Assembly: GCA_950097015.1 (NCBI GenBank)
Contig: CATNEN010000002.1
Span: 7,626,001 to 7,690,000, forward strand
Origin: Macrostomum hystrix
Lineage: Eukaryota > Animalia > Platyhelminthes
Length of the DNA: 64,000 nucleotides
Direction: 5' to 3'
Positions 58,155-64,000 of the stretch are shown here, piece after piece. Under the pieces are notes generated by a model that did no database searches, was not told the DNA's origin, and saw nothing but the letters and a program-made list of their open reading frames with translations. The first letter of the stretch is position 1; every line of letters begins with the position of its first letter. A program made the translations under genes and the position numbers.

Positions 58155-61100
58155 ATGCCTGCGGTCGGCGACCGGGTCATGCACGGCAGCTCGTCCTACT
58201 TTGCCGTCGAGATGAAGAAGCTGCTGAACGATCGAGAATCCAGGTGAGCGATCCGCAGCTCTTCAGCACTTTATGCTAGCACAAGAAAGACCGTGGCTAT
58301 TCCCCCCTGCCTACTTCACGATCGATAGCTCCCAAACCGAGTGACCAATTTTCGTGAAAGTCCACCTTTGGACTTGTGGATCTAAATTTTCGGATATTCA
58401 GCGATATTCTTGTCGAAGACCATGGTGACAAGGACAACTAACATTGCACTGTATGAACCTCAATATATGGTTGGTTAAAAAAATAAGTCTTGAGTCGACA
58501 TTTTTTCATACCACGTAGCAAATCTTGCTTGCGAGGCGAGCCCCGTTCGTTCCATTAAACGGCAAAGAAGAGGGAAGTGATTTTGATCACCGTTTTGTCT
58601 ATGGTACAAATTCGCTGAGCAACTGCTCGGGTGGCTGGGAACTGGCTCGAAGTTTGAGATAAATCATTATTCATACGAAAAGTGAGCGGCTGCTCAAACT
58701 CAGAGCGATTGCTCAGCTCTGAGCACTTGCTCAAACTCAGAGTAGGAGCATTTACTCATCAGCAATTGCACACTTTATTCATACGGCCTAATATTATCAA
58801 TAATAATAATCGAAATAGATCCATGGATAGGTTTTGTAAGCAGAAAATTTTTGCCTTTAGTGGTGGTCTTTGCCACCTGATTCTCGCCGATGAGAATCGT
58901 TGAATATCTCGACGATGCCGATGTTTTGTGACTCCGGAATTTGTTCCATCGGCTCGAGCGGAAAATCTTCGTTTGCGTTCTAGTTTTTCATGGCGATTGG
59001 TTTGTTTTGAGCGACACTGAAAAATGAAATTTTGGGTATGTTAGTAAAACAGTCAAATCAGCTCACACATGACTACGTCAAAATAGAGTAAAAATGCCTT
59101 TTACAAATTGAAAGCGACGTCAAGTTCATCATCGGGAGCAGTCGTCGTCCATTCTACGCGCATCGCTGCCTGGTGGCCGTCAGGTGCGACGCCTTTCGAG
59201 CGATGATCGCCGAGGCCAACCGATTCCACCTGCAGCACCTGCAGCAGCACCAGGTGCATCAGCAGCTTCACCACCAGCTGCATCAGCAGCATCAGCAGCA
59301 GCACTACACCAGGTCCGCTTCTCCGTTGTCGCCAATGTTGTCAGCTTCGACGGCTGCCCTGGATCAGACAGCCTCGACTTCTGCGGCAGCCGCCACAGCC
59401 GCGACGACAACCTCGCTGATCCTGCCGGAGACGAACCCGGACACGTTCGCAGCAGTGCTGGAGTTTCTCTACACCAACTGCGTCTGTCTGAGGCCCAGCA
59501 ACGTGCTGGAGGTGCTGGCAGCCGCTGTGGAGTTTGGACTGGACGACCTCCGGCGGGTGAGTTTGTTGGGCAAGTCGAGCGGGGTCGTCTGGACGGTGGC
59601 TCCCAAACCAAAGAGCTTTTCTGACTTTGATGCACCATTTTCTTCTTACAACTTTTATAGAGACAATTGGAGTCGGTTTTGAGTCGCTGTGACGATTCAG
59701 TACTTCAGTGTTGTATTTTAGTACATTAGCTCTGCAAACTGGGCTTTTAGCCTGGGGATAATAATAATAATTGTAGGAGGGCTGTGGGCAAAGGCACATC
59801 TTTTGGTTATACTAGACCCGCAGCCAGCGACAAGGCGATTCTGCCGATTAGACTGACTCCTGAGCACACACGCACACAGGTACAATACGTAGGCACACGC
59901 TCACACAGGTGTGTACATCTGCCCTGACTTTCTTATCGCCTTGGAGGTTGGCCATCAAGGGCAAAAAATAATACGACAAGCCACCAAGCCTTCTCTCCGC
60001 GGCTGAGCCACAAATAAATGTGGCCTCGCCGCATTTCAGGCCGAGCTCAGGGAATCGAGCTCAGGGACCTTGCTTCGAGAGGCAAACGTGTTAACCGCAA
60101 TGCCACTCCCTGTAGCATGGGCTTGTAACCGCTTGATAGTAGTTAGAGTGTCTGATCCTCACGAATGGAAGGTCTGAGGTTCGATTCCTTTTTCCACTGG
60201 AACAATTGAGCGGGGGTAAATAAGCATAAACACTCAAAGCCGACTCACCCTACTCGAGAGCAGCTCTGCTTCGACTATCTGACTGACAACTTGAACTCAA
60301 GCAATGCCTGCGAGCTGCTGCAGGCCGCGGTGACCTTCGGCCAGGAGGAGCTCCGACTCAAAGCCGCCGAGTTCATCGAGCGCAACGCTGCCGCGGTGTT
60401 CTCCAGCTCCAGCCGGGCCTTCGCGGCGCTGTCGGCCGAGGCCCTGGCCGGCATTCTCAGCTCCGATCAGCTGATGATGGACGAGCTCGACATCATCGCC
60501 GCCCTGCGCGCCTGGGCCAACCTGGCTGTGGACCGAGCGACCTCATCGGCTGGCTCAGCAGCCGCAGCGGCTGGAACAATAAATCATCGGCGCAGCTCCG
60601 TGTCGTTCGCTGACAACGCTGCGGCTTCATCGACTCCGATGGCCACCATTGACGACTGTCCGGGCCTGCTGGCCGCTGTCAGACAGCTCCGACTGGGTCT
60701 GCTGACGCCGCAGGAGTTGGCCGAGGTGGAGAGGGAGAACGAAGCCGACTCGCTCATCCCGGTTAGACTTTTTTATTTTTGCTACTTTATTATTTGTGGT
60801 GGCTGAGCTGTCTGAGACAGATTTTTCTTGTTCGGAAAAACGGTGTGATCACTGACTACTTAAGCATTCAGTAGCCTAGTGGTTTGAGTTGTGGCCTAGA
60901 AGGGGCTGTAGCCGAGAGGTTAGAGCGTCAGACTAAGTATATGATCTTAAACTATACTGCAAACTCAAAGGTCGCCATGTTCGCCGAGGCCTGGAAGCTG
61001 CACGCACTCCGCCAGGCCGGCGATCGAAGCCACCAGATCGCCAGGCCACGAAAGGGCACGCAGCGTCGGGTTCACCTGCTGACGTCGCCGCCACCGTCGC

Positions 61101-61252
61101 ATCCGACGCTGATGACGACCCTTGTCGACGACGGCAACTTCCACGGCCACTTCGACGGAGGGGCTTCGAACGGCTTGCCAGCAGCCGTCGACCAGGCCGC
61201 CATCGGCAGTCCAGGATTGGCGCGGAAAACTCCGAACTCATTGGCTCCGTGA
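58155..61252 (+). CDS. BTBD19: BTB/POZ-BACK domain protein BTBD19-like (~436 aa, 4 exons)
   Basis: Exons 58155-58243, 59115-59556, 60264-60761 and 60971-61252, phase-consistent (1311 nt). SDVKFIIG..FYAHRCLVAVRC, VLEFLYTN, VLEVLAAAVEFGL, LQAAVTFG, LRLGLLTPQEL..E.EN...LIP|VAMFAEAWKLHALR. Confidence 0.9.
58858..58970. repeat. Dispersed repeat family B, copy 3
   Basis: tagtggtggtctttgccacctga...ttgaatatctcgacgatgccgatgtttt...gagcggaaaa. Confidence 0.75.
59757..60110 (-). mobile_element. tRNA-derived SINE family A, near full-length copy in BTBD19 intron 2
   Basis: Head gggagtggcattgcggttaacacgtttgcctctcgaagcaaggtccctgagctcgattcc and tail (att)n. Confidence 0.9.
60111..60208 (+). mobile_element. 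Head fragment of the CORE-SINE-like family
   Basis: agttagagtgtc...gaggttcgattcc...ccactggaacaatt is shared with 24150-24207, but no CORE follows. Confidence 0.5.
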
Positions 61253-64000
61253 TCCGGATCAGACGTTATTGCTTATTTGCAGCTTGCTGTTTCTGCTCCG
61301 TTCCTCTGTGTTCTTCTACGAGTTATTTTAATTCGGCTTCTATTATTAATTGGAGCATTGCTAGTATCATATTCACGCTAATCTGTAAATCTATATGAGA
61401 CCTTTTATATTAGCCTTCACTTGATCATGACGTCATTCCTCCTTCGTTTTCGACGGAATTCTTGCACTTTTATGACGCATTATGATATTAAACAGTTGAT
61501 TAATCTGATGCGTGCATCGGCACTCGTCCCCTAGAAATTTAAGTAAAAAATGCACACGCTGAATTTGAAGTTTGTTTACTTTATTGAATATAACAAAATT
61601 AAGCTAGCAGCATAACAAATTATGTCCTTTTATTTATATATTTTAGCGAAATCAGTGCAAGCTGCATGCTTATATGTGCACTGAAAAATTCTTGCAATTA
61701 AATATTTAGCTGCCAATTAAATTGCTCGAAAAAACAGTCTATGCTGCATACACGCAGCTGTTGCTTGATTACAAAATTCAGAAATCCAGGAGTGGAATTT
61801 CAGTGGCTTTTACGCTCGTAAATATGAATAATTTGTTAATTTCTCAAGCGATTCCTATTAATCGGTTGGAGTCACCTAGCTTTTCCTTTAAAGCGGCATT
61901 TTTTAAATGACTTCGAAAATTAATAGAAAAAACCTCCCCTGCCAATGCCCAAAAATCCGATGACAAGGTAGTTCCTGATCCCCTTATGATATTTGCTCGC
62001 GAATTCAAACTCGCGCTGACTTTGATATACTAATTTCTCCACGATAATAGAACGCATTGGCACTTGTTACTTCAGCAATTTAGGTAATGAATAGCTGACA
62101 CTAAGAAGTAATTTCGAATGAAAAAGATTTCGAGAAAATAATTAACTAGCTGAACATATGACCAAGGTCCACTAGGAGTAGACTTCTATATGAGTATACT
62201 TCTAGTGGTCCTTTGCATATGACAAAGAAATCATAAAAAGTCGTTATGAAAAGCAAATTTAACTATAATTAGAAATTAGAATTAGAATTAGAATTAGAAT
62301 TAGAATTTCAGTACACTAGAGTTATTCATTGAAAGAACTTATGAATTTTCCAAATAATCAAACTACCAAATCTTCACCTTTCAGCCTCACTGGATTTTCG
62401 CTTCGGCAATCGAATTTACCACGAATCACGTCTCGAGTCTCATAACTTTTTTCTTATCAGTTCAATGTAAATTATATATCATCGTTGCATCTCGTAATAT
62501 CACAATACTTAGTTTCCCGTAAACTATATTATTCTACCTAGAATTATTTACTTGGGAACGCGATAACTTTATAAAATTCGTTATAACTTATAAAAACTTA
62601 TATTATATAAAGAAATTCAAAGAAACTGTTTTTATTAGTTACAAAACTTTTGCTCTTTAAAATTCTATGTGCTCTAATATTCAGACTATAATGTTTTTAG
62701 TTTTGTTAATATGCAGTTATGATGCTTTGGGCCTACTTTTTAAAATTACCAAATACTGTGCCAAATTCGGAGCGTGCACATGCATGATTTTATTAAAGTC
62801 TGTTAACAAAATACAATTACTTTTTCTGTTGTCTTCTGTTGGTTTTGAAACTGTGATTTTGATATCAAATTTTAATTTTAAAAAGTTTTTTTATGGAAAA
62901 TACTTCTGTCCAATTACAATTCCTTAAACTTTATTTAAATTCTGCAAGGCCCAGTCAGTATTTTTGTGGTCATCGCTGTTAAATAAGTCCAAATATATCA
63001 TAATTATTTGTATGATGCAGTTTTTCTTTTGTTTATTATGTTATCATTCCATGCTTAATGTATATATCTTGGTAAAAGTAGCGATTACAAGATAGCTATA
63101 ATTTTATTGATATACATAGTGGAGACTGATTGCGAAATCATTTTTGATTTGGCATGCTGCCAATGATCTGTATGTTACTTTTTTTCTTGCTACGCATTCC
63201 TTATAAATTATTTAATGTTTATATAATTAAAACATGTGTATATTTTAGTGAGACATAGCAGTCACAACAACATCTTTTCCATTTTTTCAACTCATAGAGC
63301 TTAGGTATGTTTTTCTGTTTATGAAATTGTTTCACTTACTCTTCTTTATAAATAGTCATTAGTAATGCTTTTAAAAAGACATTTTTTATTGTTTAGGCTA
63401 TTTCGTGTGAAGGCTTGTTTTCAAATTTATAAGTAAAACCTTACAATGAACAAAATAGGTATACGAGACTTGTATTTTCTCTTTCCCAATGAAGAATTGT
63501 GTGGGACTTAACTACACACTGTCAGAGTAAAGTAGACCTGTTTTCATAGTTAAGCGATATTTTGTAGGAAACTAATTAAAAATGAATGATATAGCACAAT
63601 GAAACCCTATCTTTCTATCTACAGAAATAATCTAAGAGTTACAAATTAGAATTAAAGAATATGAATTCATAGACTAGCCAAAGACCTTGTGTCACTTATA
63701 TTATATATATTTTAGACGCTGCTAGCACATGTACAGTTTAATTAAAACTGTGTTCGAATACTTATTTATATGCTATTAGTGCCAAATCACTATTTAACTC
63801 CATATTGAATTCCAAATTATTGAACATCATTGAGCATTTTATCATTAAAAATACCTTACAAACTACTCTAAGTAGAAAAGAAACCCTTTACTGCCAGGCA
63901 GATGCTATAAGGTACCGCATCTGAAATTAAACATCGCTTATAGATTTTGTATCACAGAATAAAACGGTAAACAAGTAACTTCAGCTTGAAATAAGAGGTC

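Noticed and set aside
16023-61252. FBXL4, SKP1 and BTBD19 as a cullin-ligase gene cluster
   Set aside because: They are spread over 45 kb with unrelated genes and TEs between them. These are large families, and no shared regulatory signal is visible.
62270-62310. (TTAGAA)n as a telomeric seed
   Set aside because: Only ~6 units of a non-telomeric hexamer in AT-rich DNA, so an ordinary microsatellite.

Overview
Eukaryotic (animal) genomic DNA with GC-rich exons, GT-AG introns, AT-rich spacers and many minisatellites. This overall pattern suggests a free-living flatworm such as Macrostomum, but that is inference only. I reconstructed nine host genes by hand, seven with recognisable family homology and two without, and the spliced models have phase-consistent exons. 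They are: a MYORG-like GH31 glycosidase (-), a 2-exon secreted protein with NMSS repeats (+), a Tctex1-domain dynein light chain (-), a calmodulin-like protein (-), a secreted degenerate vWA-like protein (-), FBXL4 (-), CEP95 (-), TBC1D16-like (-), an intronless SKP1 paralog (-) and BTBD19 (+). The 38.5-52.5 kb region is a transposon graveyard: decayed Gypsy pol, P-element/THAP9-type transposase fragment, LTR with PBS, RTE-type RT fragment, an orphan ORF and a 1.08-kb tandem duplication. Two tRNA-derived SINE families are present, one with a MIR-like CORE domain. No CRISPR array, rRNA gene or intact tRNA gene was found. The most unusual signals are: intronic minisatellites built from splice-site-like monomers; mutually complementary arrays in adjacent FBXL4 introns; a TBC1D16 homolog lacking both catalytic fingers; and a CORE-SINE. 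All homology calls come from recalled motifs, not database searches.
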